Shown here one piece after another: positions 39,618 to 49,639 of a stretch of DNA of 64,000 nucleotides. Origin of the DNA: Oscillospiraceae bacterium (GTDB lineage Bacteria; Bacillota; Clostridia; Oscillospirales; Oscillospiraceae); the NCBI GenBank assembly GCA_016282135.1, contig JAEEKA010000117.1:1611-65610 (forward strand), read 5' to 3'. Under the pieces are notes generated by a model. The model was not told the origin of the DNA, ran no database searches, and worked only from the letters and a program-made list of their open reading frames with translations. The translations under genes were made by a program, and so were the position numbers. Position 1 is the first letter of the stretch, and each line of letters opens with the position of its first letter.

Positions 39618-41228
39618 TTGCCCAATCACACGAATAAGAAGCAAACCTTCCTGGGCGGCGCCGCGGTGCTGGCGCTGGCAACGGCCATTGTCAAGATTAT
39701 CGGCGCGTTCTACAAGATCCCGCTGAAGCGGCTGATCGGCGACGAGGGCTTCGGTTACTTCAACACGGCGTACGACATTTACTCCGTGCTGCTGATGGTC
39801 TCTACCACCGGCCTTCCCGTGGCCATGTCCCGGATGATCTCCGAGGCCAAGACCCTGGGCCGGACCAATCAGATTCAACGGATTTTCCAGACCTCCCGCA
39901 AGGTCTTCCTGGCGCTGGGCATTGTGGGCACCGCGGGTATGGCGCTGCTCTGCAAACAGCTTGCCGACATGATGAACCAGGCCAACAGCTGGTTCGCCAT
40001 ACTCTGCCTGTCTCCGGCGGTACTGTTTATCTGCCTGATTTCCGCCGAGCGGGGCTTTTTCCAGGGCCAGTCCAACATGGTTCCCACCTCCGTCTCCCAG
40101 GTCATGGAGGCGGTCTGCAAGCTGGTGGTAGGCCTTTCCCTGGCTTATATTCTGAATAAGGCCACAGGTGAAATGGGCCGCGCTGCCGGCGGCGCCATCC
40201 TCGGCGTCACAATCGGCACCGTGGTTTCCACGGTCTATCTGATTCTTCGGCGGCGCAAGGCGGAGGCCCAGCTTCAGGTGGAGTGTCTGGATCCCTCTGT
40301 GGATTCCCAACGGGACACAATCCGGAAGCTGATCTCCATCGCCGCTCCGATCACCCTGGGCGCGGCCGGCCTGCAGATTATCACCACCGTGGACGCGGCG
40401 GTCTTTATGGGCCAGCTCAAGGGCCCTGCCGGCGTCAGCGAGGAAATGGCCGATAAGCTCAAGGGCATCTATAATTTTGCCCAGACGATTTTCAACCTGC
40501 CCTGCGCCTTTGTTACCCCCATCATCGTTTCCGCCATTCCGGCTATTACCGAGCAGCTGACCCTCCGGAAATCCCGCCGGGCCAATACCATTGCCGAGTC
40601 CGCCACCCGGGTCATGGGGCTGATCGCCATGCCCTGTTCCCTGGGCCTGGCCGTACTCTCCGAGCCCGTCATGCAGCTGCTGGGGGGCTACACGGCGGAC
40701 GGCTCTCTGGGGACGGCCTCCGTGCTGATGCGGATTCTGGCCTTCTGTGTGTTCTTTAATTCCTTCGTGCTGGTGATGAACGCCATCCTCCAGGCCCACG
40801 GCTACGTCTACCTCCCGGTCATCAATATGGTGGTAGGCGGCATTGTCAAGGTGGTTATCAATTTCATTCTGGTGGGCAATTCCAAGATTAATATTGTGGG
40901 CGTGCCGGTGGGCACCCTGATTTGCTACATGGTGATTGCCATGCTGGACCTGGTTGCCATCCAGCGGGTTCTGCGGAGTCCGCCCAGGCTGATGGTCAAC
41001 GTGATCAAGCCTGCCCTGGCGTCCCTTGCCATGGGGGCGGCGGCCTTTGTCCTGAACCACCTGTGCATGGCCGTCAATCTGCCGCTGATCCTGCGAACCG
41101 GCGTCTCCATCCTGGGCGCCGGCGCGGTCTACCTGGTGCTGGTCATGGCCCTGAAAATCATCACCCGGGACGATTGCAGCCTGCTTCCCAAGGGCGAAAA
41201 GATCGCAAAGCTGCTCCACGTGCGGTAA
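39618..41228 (+). CDS. MOP-superfamily flippase (SpoVB / MurJ-like polysaccharide biosynthesis protein)
   Basis: 536 aa, ~14 TM. N-terminus ...FLGGAAVLALATAIVKIIGAFYKIPL...GDEGFGYFNTAYDIY.... TTG start 9 nt after AAAGGAGG. Confidence 0.8.
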   Translation: MPNHTNKKQTFLGGAAVLALATAIVKIIGAFYKIPLKRLIGDEGFGYFNTAYDIYSVLLMVSTTGLPVAMSRMISEAKTLGRTNQIQRIFQTSRKVFLALGIVGTAGMALLCKQLADMMNQANSWFAILCLSPAVLFICLISAERGFFQGQSNMVPTSVSQVMEAVCKLVVGLSLAYILNKATGEMGRAAGGAILGVTIGTVVSTVYLILRRRKAEAQLQVECLDPSVDSQRDTIRKLISIAAPITLGAAGLQIITTVDAAVFMGQLKGPAGVSEEMADKLKGIYNFAQTIFNLPCAFVTPIIVSAIPAITEQLTLRKSRRANTIAESATRVMGLIAMPCSLGLAVLSEPVMQLLGGYTADGSLGTASVLMRILAFCVFFNSFVLVMNAILQAHGYVYLPVINMVVGGIVKVVINFILVGNSKINIVGVPVGTLICYMVIAMLDLVAIQRVLRSPPRLMVNVIKPALASLAMGAAAFVLNHLCMAVNLPLILRTGVSILGAGAVYLVLVMALKIITRDDCSLLPKGEKIAKLLHVR

Positions 41229-41473
41229 TTCGGGGCAAAATCGCAAAAAAATCTTGAAAAAATCACAGTTTTTTTGAATTTGCACTTGCGAAATCGCACA
41301 AAATATGATAGATTTTACCAAGTGAGCCGAACACGGGAGATTCGCCCGGCCCGGTCGCCCCGTCCCGGTGCGGTCAGGCGTCCGGCAGAACCCCGTTAGC
41401 ATTATTGTACGGCTCCCTTCGGGGATGCCGCAGCGTCACAAGAAGAGAAATTTCTAAGAAAGAGGAACTATTC

Positions 41474-41749
41474 ATGAACAAGACTGAACTCGTGGCAGCA
41501 ATTGCCGAAAAGACCGAACTTTCCAAGAAGAACGCTGAGAAGGCCCTTGCCGCCGTTCTCGAGACCGTGGCCGAGACCCTCGCCGCCGGCGAGAAGGTCC
41601 AGCTGGTTGGCTTTGGCACCTTCGAGACCAGAGACCGCGAAGCCCGTACCGCCAAGAATCCCCGCACCGGCGAGACCGTCAAAGTCCCCGCCAGCCGCAC
41701 CCCCGCCTTCAAGGCCGGCCAGGCTCTGAAGAACAAGGTCGCAAAGTAA
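41474..41749 (+). CDS. hup: DNA-binding protein HU
   Basis: MNKTELVAAIAEKTELSKKNAEKAL...GFGTFETRDREARTAKNPRTGETVKVPASRTPAFKAGQALK: a canonical HU sequence. Confidence 0.95.
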   Translation: MNKTELVAAIAEKTELSKKNAEKALAAVLETVAETLAAGEKVQLVGFGTFETRDREARTAKNPRTGETVKVPASRTPAFKAGQALKNKVAK

Positions 41750-41756
41750 TCCGCTC

Positions 41757-41785
41757 AGCCGCAGCCCAGAGGGCTGCGGCTTTTC
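41757..41785 (+). terminator. hup terminator
   Basis: AGCCGCAGCCC-aga-GGGCTGCGGCT followed by TTTCC. Confidence 0.7.
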
Positions 41786-41838
41786 CATGGGCGTTGTCGA
41801 AATGCACAAGATTTCAAGGCGAATATCTCTGTACTTAG

Positions 41839-41880
41839 GCCGCGGACGATGCAAATAATGCTTGTCCGCGGCGTTTTTTT
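41839..41880 (+). terminator. Second strong terminator-like hairpin, overlapping the -35 of the nucleotidase promoter
   Basis: GCCGCGGAC...GTCCGCGGC followed by G and TTTTTTT. TTGTCC (41862-41867), a 17-nt spacer, then TGgTACAAT (41882-41890) follows. Confidence 0.6.
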
Positions 41881-41949
41881 GTGGTACAATGATACTACTG
41901 AAAATGTCCGTTTTCGGATATTCAGAAATCATGTAAAGGAGATTCCAGT

Positions 41950-44900
41950 ATGAAGACACATCTTTCCAAGCGGATTGTCGCGCTTCTTCTGACGCTGCTC
42001 ATGGTTCTGTCCCTGATGCCCATGGCCGTTGCCGAAGAGCCGGCAGAGTCTGACGATGTGGTGGTTCTGTTTACGAACGACATCCATTGCGGTGTTGATC
42101 AGAACGACGATTCCATCGGCATCGCCGGTTTGGCGAAAATCAAAAAGGAACTGGAGACCACCCATAACCACGTTGCGCTGGTTGACAACGGCGACGCGGT
42201 ACAGGGCGAGCTCATCGGCACCATCTCCAAGGGCGAGTACCTTGTGAAGCTGATGAACTTCGTGGGATACGACTTTGCCACCCTGGGCAACCACGAGTTC
42301 GACTACACCATGCCCCAGCTCAAGAAGCTGATCGACATGGCCGACGCCGAGTACATCAGCTGCAACTTCCAGTACATCGGGCCGGAAGATCCCGACTCGG
42401 TGAGCCTGGCGGGCTACAAGGTTGTGGATTATGACGGCCTGAAGGTCGGCTACGTGGGCATCACCACCCCCGAGTCCCTGACCAAGTCCACTCCCGCCTA
42501 CTTCCAGGATGCCGAGGGCAACTGGATCTACACCTTCTGCAATGACGAAACCGGCGAGAAGCTGTACGAAGCCGTACAGACCGCCGTGGACACCGCCCGT
42601 GCGGAGGGCGCCACCGTTGTGGTGGCCCTGGCCCACCTGGGCATCGACGAGCAGTCCGCTCCCTGGCGCTCCACCGACGTCATCGCCAACACCACCGGCA
42701 TCAACGCCATGCTGGACGGTCACTCCCACAGCACCATCGAGCGGGAAGAGGTTGCCAACAAGAACGGCGAAACTGTCCTCCTCTCCTCCACCGGCACCAA
42801 GCTGGCCAACGTGGGCAAGCTGACCATCACTAAGGAAGGCGCGGTCAACACTGAGCTCATCGAGCGCGCCGACGTGGACGGCGTGGACGAAGAGACCCAG
42901 ACCTACCTGGAGCAGATCGAGGCCGAGTTTGAGGAGCTGAAGCAGACCGTCGTGGCCCACGTGGACTACGATCTTCTGACCAAGGATCCCGAGACCGGCA
43001 ACAGAATGGTCCGTATGCGCGAGACCAACCTGGGTGACGTCTGCGCCGACGCCTACCGCACGGTGCTGGGCGCCGACATCGCCTTTGTCAACGGCGGCGG
43101 CGTTCGTGCCGATATTGTTGCGGGCGACGTGACCTATGAGCAGATCATCAACGTCCATCCCTATGGCAACATGGCCTGCATGGTCAAGACCAGCGGCCAG
43201 CAGATCCTGGACGCTCTGGAAATGGCCTCCAGGAATGTGACTGTCAACGAGGACGGCACCCTCTCCGGCGAGAACGGCGGCTTCCTCCAGGTCTCCGGCC
43301 TGAAGTACACCGTCAACACCGCCATTCCTTCCTCTGTCATTGTTGACGAGACCAAGATGTTTGTCGCGGTTGCCGGTCCCCGCCGCGTGGAAGACGTTCA
43401 GGTCCTCCTGGCCGACGGCAGCTATGCGCCCATCGATCCCGCCGGCACCTACACCCTGGCTTCCCACAACTACATGCTCAAGCAGTCCGGCGACGGCATC
43501 AACATGTTCAAGGACGACGAGCTGCTGCTGGATGAGGTCAAGGTGGACAACCAGGTCCTCATTGAGTACATGACCTCCGAGGAATTTGCCGCCCACGACT
43601 ACTCCGACTGGAAGGGCGAGGGCCGCATCACCATCACCAAGGAAGGCATGGAAGGCAAGACCGTCATCCTCCACACCAATGACACCCACGGCGCGCTGAT
43701 GGGCTTCGCACAGGTGGCCCACGTGAAGGCACTCTACGAGTCCATGGGCGCCAAGGTCATCCTGGTGGACGCCGGCGACTACAGCCAGGGCACCACCTAC
43801 GTCTCCACCAACAAGGGCGAGGCGGCTGTCACCATGATGAACGCCGCCGGCTATGACATCGCGACCCTGGGCAACCATGAGTTCGATTTCGGCTACGACC
43901 AGCTGGTGGCCAACATGACCAAGGCTGAGTTCCAGCTCATCTGCGCCGACATTATGCTGAAGGAGAACGGCGAGTCCGCCTTTACGCCTTACATCATCAA
44001 GGAAATCGACGGCGTCAAGATCGGCTTCTTCGGCATGGAGACCCCCGAGACCTTCACCAAGGTCAACCCGGGCCTGATCCAGGAGATCACCTTCCTCCAG
44101 GGCGAGGAGCTCTACGCCTGTGCCCAGGCGCAGGTTGATGCGCTGAAGGCTGAGGGCGCCGACCTGGTGATCGGTCTGGTCCACCTGGGCGTGGATGACG
44201 AATCCATCCCCAACCGCTCCATTGATATGTTTGAGCATGTGACCGGCATCGACTTTGTGATCGACGGCCACTCCCACACCGTTATGACCCAGGGCCCCAA
44301 CGGCGAGCCCATCCAGTCCACCGGCACCAAGGCCAGCAAGACTGCCCTGATGAACGTGGGCATGATTGTCATTGACAATGCCACCAAGAAGATCGAAAAG
44401 AACGAGCTGATCCCTCTGGGCGAAGAGGCCCCCGTGGATGAGACCGTAGCCGCTGCTGCCAGCGAGATCATGGAGGCTGTGGACGCCGAGTACGGCGCCG
44501 TCTTTGCCCAGTCCGAGGTCGAGCTGAACGGCGACAAGGCCCCCGGCAACCGCAACATGGAAACCAACCTGGGCGACCTGATCACTGACTCCATGCTTTG
44601 GGGCGTGCTGAAGGATATGGACGCCGAAACCCTGGGCGTTCCCGCTGAGAACGTGGTCGCCATCACCAACGGCGGCGGCATCCGTGCCTGGATCCATGCC
44701 GGCGACGTGACCAAGAACGACGTGAATACCGTCCTGCCCTTCGGCAACACCGTGGCCGTGGTCTATGTGACCGGCGCCGAGCTGCTGGAGGCTCTGGAAG
44801 CTTCCACCTACTCCACCCCCGGTGCTGTGGGCGGCTTCCCCCAGGTCAGCGGCATCAAATTCAACATTGATACCACCAAGGAATTTGACCAGGGCGAGCA

Positions 44901-47454
44901 GTATCCCGCTTCCACCTACTTTAAGCCCGCTTCCATCAAGCGTGTCACCATCGAAGAAGTCAACGGCAAGAAATTCAGCAAGAAGGCCACCTACGCTGTG
45001 GTCACCAACAACTTCTGCGCCGCCGGCGGCGATACCTACTACGCATTCAAGGCCGCTTCCAGACAGTTTGATACCGGCATCCCCCTGGATGAGATGTTGA
45101 TCGACTACATCAACACCGAGCTGAACGGCGTCATCGGTGAAACCTACGCCGAGCCTCAGGGCCGCATCACCCAGGAATTCCGCTTCACCGACGTGCAGGA
45201 TCCCTCCAAGTACTACTTTGAGCCGGTCTACTGGGCCTACAACCATGAGCCTCGGCTTGTGGGCGGCACCGGCGACGGCACCACCTTCTCCCCCAACGAC
45301 ATCTGCGACCGCGCCGCGGTTGTGACCTTCCTCTATGCGGCTGCCGGCCGGCCGGAGATCGGCGACGTGGAGAATCCCTTCACCGATATCAAGGCGAAGG
45401 ATTGGTACTACACCGCCGCCCTCTGGGCCGTGGAGAACGGCATCACCGGCGGTACCGGCGACGGCACCACCTTCTCTCCCAAGGGCGAGTGCACCCGTGC
45501 TGAGGTCGTGACCTTCCTCTATGCTGTGGCGGAAAGACCCGAGCCCAGCACCACTGAGAATCCCTTTACTGACGTCAAGACCAATGACTGGTACTGCAAG
45601 GCTGTCCTGTGGGCTGTGGAGAACGGTGTTACCGGCGGCACCTCCGCCACCACCTTCTCCCCCAAGAAGACCTGCACCCGCGGCGAGATCGTGACCTTCC
45701 TCCGCGCCTTCCTGATCAAGACGGAAGTTCCCGCTGAGCCTGTCAGCTTTGAGTTCCTGGTCACCTCTGACCTCCACGGCCAGATCTACGCCACCGACTA
45801 CACCGCTCCCTACGAGCAGTCCGGCACCTACAAGCGGGGCCTGACCCGCGTTGCCACCTACATCAAGGAGCACAAGGCTACCTACGGCGACAATGTCTAT
45901 ACCGTGGACATGGGCGACACCTTCCAGGGCGCTCCCCTGACCTACTACTACGCTTTCAACAAGCCCGAGGAAAAGGATCCCGCCATCCTGGCCTTCCGTA
46001 CCATCGGCTACGATATGTGGATCGTGGGCAATCATGAGTTCAACTACGGCCTGGAGATTCTGGGCCGGCAGATGGCCTACGCTGTCTCCGAAAGCACCGA
46101 GACCGAGCAGCAGCTGACCATTTCCCTGGCCAACTACCTGAAGGCCGAGACCAACAACGACGAGACGAAGGACTGGGCTACCTGGAAGGACACCGCTCCT
46201 TACGTCATCAAGGACTTCGACGGCTACAAGGTTGCCATCATCGGCTTCGGCAACCCCAACATCCCCAAGTGGGACGTGCCCGCCAACTGGGAGGGCATCT
46301 ACTTCGCCAACATCATCGAGACCTATCAGCACTATGAGGCCGAGATGCTCGAGCAGGCCGACATGATCGTGGTCGTGGCCCACAGCGGCATCGGCTCCGA
46401 CGAGGGCTCTGATTTCATCGAGCGCCTGGTCAACCAGACCAACACCATCGCCTTTGCCTTCTCCGGCCACGAGCACGGCAATCAGGTCTACATGGCCGAG
46501 AACGCCGACGGCAAGGAAATCCCCATTCTCCAGCCCTATACCAAGGCTCGCGCTATCGCCCAGGTCGACGTGAAGGTCGAGAACGGCGAAGTTACCGTGG
46601 AGCCCCAGATCGTCAACATGGAGAACTACCCCATTGATGAGGACCTGGCCAATCTGCTGAAGCCCTACGAGACCGATACCTGGGAGAACTACATGCTCCA
46701 GCCCATCGGCAAGGCGCTGGGCGATTATCCCGCCGCCAACCTGGGCACCGCTCCCTCCGCCTTCATGGATCTGATCAACACCGTGCAGATCTGGGGCGCC
46801 TATGACCGCACCGGCGAGAACACCCCCGATAAGACCGAGGACAACACCCCCGCCATGCTGTCCATCTCCGCGCCTCTGACCTCCGGCGACAAGGAAAACC
46901 TCATCTCCGCGGGCGACATCGTTCTGGGCGATATGTTTGGCCTGTACCGCTTTGAGAACTGGTTCTACCAGATCACCATGAGCGGCGAAGAGGTCCACCA
47001 GTGGCTGGAGTTCGCCGCCACCAAGATCCAGGTAGACGAAGCGGGCAAGCCCTTCGTCACCAGCGGCGACCTGACCTACTACGACGTCATCATGGGCGAC
47101 GGCTTCCACTACGACATCGACGTGTCCAAGCCCGAGGGCCAGCGCGTGGTCAACATGACCTACAACGGCGAGCCTGTGGCTGCTGACAAGGTGTTTACTG
47201 TGGTTGTGAACAACTACCGTTACAACGGCGGCGGCAACTACGTGAAGTGGCTCAACGAGCACGGCTGCGAGTTCGTTGCCAACGATCCCGAGCGCATCAT
47301 CTACTCCACCCAGTTCGACATGATCCAGGGTGAGGACGAGGGCCAGGCCCGCGCGCTGCTGGTCAGCTATATCAAGGACCAGACTGCCACGAACGGCGGC
47401 ATTACCCCCTTCATTACCTCCACTTGGACCGTGACCAACGGCACGGAAGAATAA
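41950..47454 (+). CDS. SLH-anchored triple nucleotidase/phosphoesterase: two UshA/5'-nucleotidase-like modules, an internal SLH triplet, and one CpdB-like 2',3'-cyclic-nucleotide phosphodiesterase/3'-nucleotidase module
   Basis: Signal peptide ...MPMAVAEE. Three metallophosphoesterase motif sets (NDIHCG/NGDAVQG/GNHEFD; NDTHGA/DAGDYSQG/GNHEFDFG; SDLHGQ/DMGDTFQG/GNHEFNYG), each followed by a 5'-nucleotidase C-terminal-like region. SLH motifs at about nt 45181-45720. Confidence 0.9.
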   Translation: MKTHLSKRIVALLLTLLMVLSLMPMAVAEEPAESDDVVVLFTNDIHCGVDQNDDSIGIAGLAKIKKELETTHNHVALVDNGDAVQGELIGTISKGEYLVKLMNFVGYDFATLGNHEFDYTMPQLKKLIDMADAEYISCNFQYIGPEDPDSVSLAGYKVVDYDGLKVGYVGITTPESLTKSTPAYFQDAEGNWIYTFCNDETGEKLYEAVQTAVDTARAEGATVVVALAHLGIDEQSAPWRSTDVIANTTGINAMLDGHSHSTIEREEVANKNGETVLLSSTGTKLANVGKLTITKEGAVNTELIERADVDGVDEETQTYLEQIEAEFEELKQTVVAHVDYDLLTKDPETGNRMVRMRETNLGDVCADAYRTVLGADIAFVNGGGVRADIVAGDVTYEQIINVHPYGNMACMVKTSGQQILDALEMASRNVTVNEDGTLSGENGGFLQVSGLKYTVNTAIPSSVIVDETKMFVAVAGPRRVEDVQVLLADGSYAPIDPAGTYTLASHNYMLKQSGDGINMFKDDELLLDEVKVDNQVLIEYMTSEEFAAHDYSDWKGEGRITITKEGMEGKTVILHTNDTHGALMGFAQVAHVKALYESMGAKVILVDAGDYSQGTTYVSTNKGEAAVTMMNAAGYDIATLGNHEFDFGYDQLVANMTKAEFQLICADIMLKENGESAFTPYIIKEIDGVKIGFFGMETPETFTKVNPGLIQEITFLQGEELYACAQAQVDALKAEGADLVIGLVHLGVDDESIPNRSIDMFEHVTGIDFVIDGHSHTVMTQGPNGEPIQSTGTKASKTALMNVGMIVIDNATKKIEKNELIPLGEEAPVDETVAAAASEIMEAVDAEYGAVFAQSEVELNGDKAPGNRNMETNLGDLITDSMLWGVLKDMDAETLGVPAENVVAITNGGGIRAWIHAGDVTKNDVNTVLPFGNTVAVVYVTGAELLEALEASTYSTPGAVGGFPQVSGIKFNIDTTKEFDQGEQYPASTYFKPASIKRVTIEEVNGKKFSKKATYAVVTNNFCAAGGDTYYAFKAASRQFDTGIPLDEMLIDYINTELNGVIGETYAEPQGRITQEFRFTDVQDPSKYYFEPVYWAYNHEPRLVGGTGDGTTFSPNDICDRAAVVTFLYAAAGRPEIGDVENPFTDIKAKDWYYTAALWAVENGITGGTGDGTTFSPKGECTRAEVVTFLYAVAERPEPSTTENPFTDVKTNDWYCKAVLWAVENGVTGGTSATTFSPKKTCTRGEIVTFLRAFLIKTEVPAEPVSFEFLVTSDLHGQIYATDYTAPYEQSGTYKRGLTRVATYIKEHKATYGDNVYTVDMGDTFQGAPLTYYYAFNKPEEKDPAILAFRTIGYDMWIVGNHEFNYGLEILGRQMAYAVSESTETEQQLTISLANYLKAETNNDETKDWATWKDTAPYVIKDFDGYKVAIIGFGNPNIPKWDVPANWEGIYFANIIETYQHYEAEMLEQADMIVVVAHSGIGSDEGSDFIERLVNQTNTIAFAFSGHEHGNQVYMAENADGKEIPILQPYTKARAIAQVDVKVENGEVTVEPQIVNMENYPIDEDLANLLKPYETDTWENYMLQPIGKALGDYPAANLGTAPSAFMDLINTVQIWGAYDRTGENTPDKTEDNTPAMLSISAPLTSGDKENLISAGDIVLGDMFGLYRFENWFYQITMSGEEVHQWLEFAATKIQVDEAGKPFVTSGDLTYYDVIMGDGFHYDIDVSKPEGQRVVNMTYNGEPVAADKVFTVVVNNYRYNGGGNYVKWLNEHGCEFVANDPERIIYSTQFDMIQGEDEGQARALLVSYIKDQTATNGGITPFITSTWTVTNGTEE

Positions 47455-47466
47455 TCCAAACCCTAA

Positions 47467-47499
47467 GGGGCCGCTGCCAACCGGCAGCGGCCCCGTTTT
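47467..47499 (+). terminator. Terminator of the nucleotidase gene
   Basis: GGGGCCGCTGCC-aacc-GGCAGCGGCCCC followed by GTTTT. Confidence 0.8.
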
Positions 47500-47542
47500 C
47501 TTAGAGCTGGGATATGCCGAGCTTTGCTCGGCATATCCCGAT

Positions 47543-48724
47543 CTATCCTGCGATTTTCAACAGCACCCGCAGCCAGATCTGGCCAAAGCTCAGCCGGGGG
47601 ATTTCCTCGGCAGCGGTGAGGGGAATCTCTGCCAGCAGCTCCTGTCCGGCCAGGACCCGGAGGGTGCCCAGCACCTGCCCTTCCTCCACCGGCGCCTCGC
47701 AGCCCTCAACCAGGACGATCTCCCGGGTCACGGCGGACGCCTTGGCCTTTTCCAGCAGGATGGGCCCGCAGTCTCCCGGAACCGGCGTCACGGATTCCCG
47801 GGTTCCCAGAATCACCGGAATCGGCGTGGGCGTGAAGCCCTCTGTGGGGTCCGTCAGAGCATAGTTGGCAAAGCCCCAATTCAGCAGGGCCTTGGCGTCC
47901 TCGAAGCGGTGGGAGGAGGAATCGCCTCCCAGGATCACCGCAATCAGCTCGATTCCGTTTCGCTTGGCGGAGGCGGAGAGACAGTGTCCCGCCCGGGAGG
48001 TGTAGCCGGTTTTGAGCCCGGTGGTCCCCTCGTAGAAGCGCACCAGCTTGTTGGTGTTGGAAAGGCCGAAGGCCCCGTTCCGCACCGTGTCCATCCAGAC
48101 GGTGGTGTAGCGGCGGATGGCGTCGTGCCGCAGCAGCTCCCGGGACATGATCGCCACGTCCCGGGCGGTGGTCAGGTGCTCCCGGGCCTCCGGTTCGTCA
48201 TCCAGCCCCGTGCAGTTGACAAAGTGGGTGTTGTTCATTCCCAGCTCCGCCGCCCGCTGGTTCATCCTTGCCGCAAAGGCGGCCTCGCTGCCTGCCAGGT
48301 GCTCCGCCAATGCCGTGGCACAGTCGTTGGCGGAGCTGACCACCACGGATTTCAGCATTTCGTCCATGGAGAGCCGCTCCCCCTCCTCCAGATAGATCTG
48401 GCTGCCGCCCTTGGCCGCGGCGGCGGCGGAGGCAGTCACCTCGTCCCCCCAGCCGATCTGCCCGGCGTCCAGAGCCTCCATCACCAGCAACAGGGTCATG
48501 ACCTTGGTGACGCTGGCGGGCTCCCGCCGTTCATCGGCGTTCTTCTCAAAGAGCACCGTCCCGGTGGCCGCGTCCATCAGAATGGCCGAAGGGGCCTGAA
48601 TCTCCACCGCCGCGGTCGCCGCGGCGGTGTCCACCGCGGCCGCTTCCGGTTCCCGTGCGGCGACCCCTGGCGCAAGGCCCAGGAGCATGGCGCTTATCAG
48701 TAACAAACAGAGCGTTTTTTGCAT
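47543..48724 (-). CDS. D-alanyl-D-alanine carboxypeptidase (S11, PBP5/DacB-like)
   Basis: Signal peptide MQKTLCLLLISAMLLGLAPGVAA and active-site SVTKVMT (SxxK). RBS AGGAGGG before the ATG at 48724; the ORF-track start at 48850 is an extension. Confidence 0.85.
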   Translation of the reverse strand: MQKTLCLLLISAMLLGLAPGVAAREPEAAAVDTAAATAAVEIQAPSAILMDAATGTVLFEKNADERREPASVTKVMTLLLVMEALDAGQIGWGDEVTASAAAAAKGGSQIYLEEGERLSMDEMLKSVVVSSANDCATALAEHLAGSEAAFAARMNQRAAELGMNNTHFVNCTGLDDEPEAREHLTTARDVAIMSRELLRHDAIRRYTTVWMDTVRNGAFGLSNTNKLVRFYEGTTGLKTGYTSRAGHCLSASAKRNGIELIAVILGGDSSSHRFEDAKALLNWGFANYALTDPTEGFTPTPIPVILGTRESVTPVPGDCGPILLEKAKASAVTREIVLVEGCEAPVEEGQVLGTLRVLAGQELLAEIPLTAAEEIPRLSFGQIWLRVLLKIAG

Positions 48725-48791
48725 CCTTTTCCCTCCTGAATCGCTTTGTACAAGATATGCGCGCCGGGCGGAAATATGTGGCCCGTTTTCG

Positions 48792-48820
48792 TTGACAAGC
48801 GGGGAGAGAGTTGATATAAT
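48792..48820 (+). promoter_or_regulatory. Promoter of the cobalamin-riboswitch unit
   Basis: TTGACA, a 17-nt spacer, then TATAAT. Confidence 0.6.
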
Positions 48821-48826
48821 GTGGAC

Positions 48827-49015
48827 TGCAAAGACGGGCGTGCCCAGCACTTAATCAGGAAGCAGGTCCAACCCCTGCGCCAGACCGTGGCCGTAGATGG
48901 CATTTTTGACCGGACTTACCGCTTACCGCAAAGCGGGAACAGACCATTGGGACAGCCCCGAGAAGGTCGCCCGGTCCGCCATGAGCCGGAAGACTGACCC
49001 GCGCGATGCCGCCGC
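48827..49015 (+). promoter_or_regulatory. Cobalamin riboswitch (probable)
   Basis: Core AGGAAGCAGGTCCAACCCCTGCGCCAGACCGTGGCCGTAG matches the GGGAAGC.GGTG.AA..CC.GCGC...CCGCCACTGTA consensus pattern. B12-box-like ATGAGCCGGAAGACTGACC at about 48981-48999. The downstream genes are of B12-uptake type. Confidence 0.65.
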
Positions 49016-49141
49016 CGCGAGCTCCGGGGCGGCCCCAGAGCCCCGTGCAGACCGGGTTCTCGGCCGCAGGGAGGGTATTTCGCCTCCCCCAGGACGGCAG
49101 AGCCTTTGCGAAACGAAAAATGAAAAAGGAGATACTTACAC

Positions 49142-49639
49142 ATGAAAAACACCCGCAAATCTCTTGTGTGCCTGCTTCTGGTCCTGCTGCTTGCGGTGGC
49201 GGCGCTGACCGGATGCGGAAAGAACGAGACCAACACCGAAGCTCCCAAGACCCCGGGCCAGACCAACACCGAGGCCCCCAAGACCCCTGACCAGACCAAC
49301 GCGCCCGAAGCCAACCAGGCCCGCAAGGTGGTCAAGCTGGGCGAGGGCGAGAAGCAGTTTAACTTCGACGTGACCTTCTCCGACGGCAGGACTGCCCGCT
49401 ACTCCATCAACACCAACGAAGAGACCGTGGGAAAGGCCCTGGTTGCCCTGAAGTTGATCGCCGGTGACGAGAGCGAATACGGTCTTTACGTCAAGACCGT
49501 GGGCGACGAGACCCTGGATTTTGATACCGACGGCATGTACTGGGCCTTCTATGAGAACGGCGAGTACGCCGCCACCGGCGTGGACGCCACCAATATTACG
49601 GCAGGCGCCACCTACGCCTTCGTCGCCACCAAGGGGTAA
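49142..49639 (+). CDS. DUF4430-type lipoprotein (transcobalamin-like putative B12-binding protein)
   Basis: Lipobox LTGC in MKNTRKSLVCLLLVLLLAVAALTGC. Duplicated TNTEAPKTP linker. C-terminal ~100 aa with a DUF4430-like pattern (GLYV..V.G......G.YW.FY.NGEYA..G). Confidence 0.65.
   Translation: MKNTRKSLVCLLLVLLLAVAALTGCGKNETNTEAPKTPGQTNTEAPKTPDQTNAPEANQARKVVKLGEGEKQFNFDVTFSDGRTARYSINTNEETVGKALVALKLIAGDESEYGLYVKTVGDETLDFDTDGMYWAFYENGEYAATGVDATNITAGATYAFVATKG

Noticed and set aside
41839-41880. Orphan terminator ~50 nt downstream of the hup terminator, as evidence of a small RNA gene
   Set aside because: No promoter is visible in the ~50 nt between the two hairpins, and the right arm of the hairpin carries the -35 of the next promoter. 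It is more simply a back-up/insulating terminator.
41929-47262. 1,777-aa antisense ORF over the nucleotidase gene. The same applies to 50492-54226(+), 11487-14312(+), 8258-9658(+), 6458-8272(-), 4139-6139(-), 1833-3863(-), 32323-34113(-), 39426-41402(-), 16800-17723(-) and 37282-38130(-).
   Set aside because: All are shadow frames opposite well-supported genes in GC-rich DNA. Their translations are Gly/Ala/Arg/Val/His/Gln-rich without domains.
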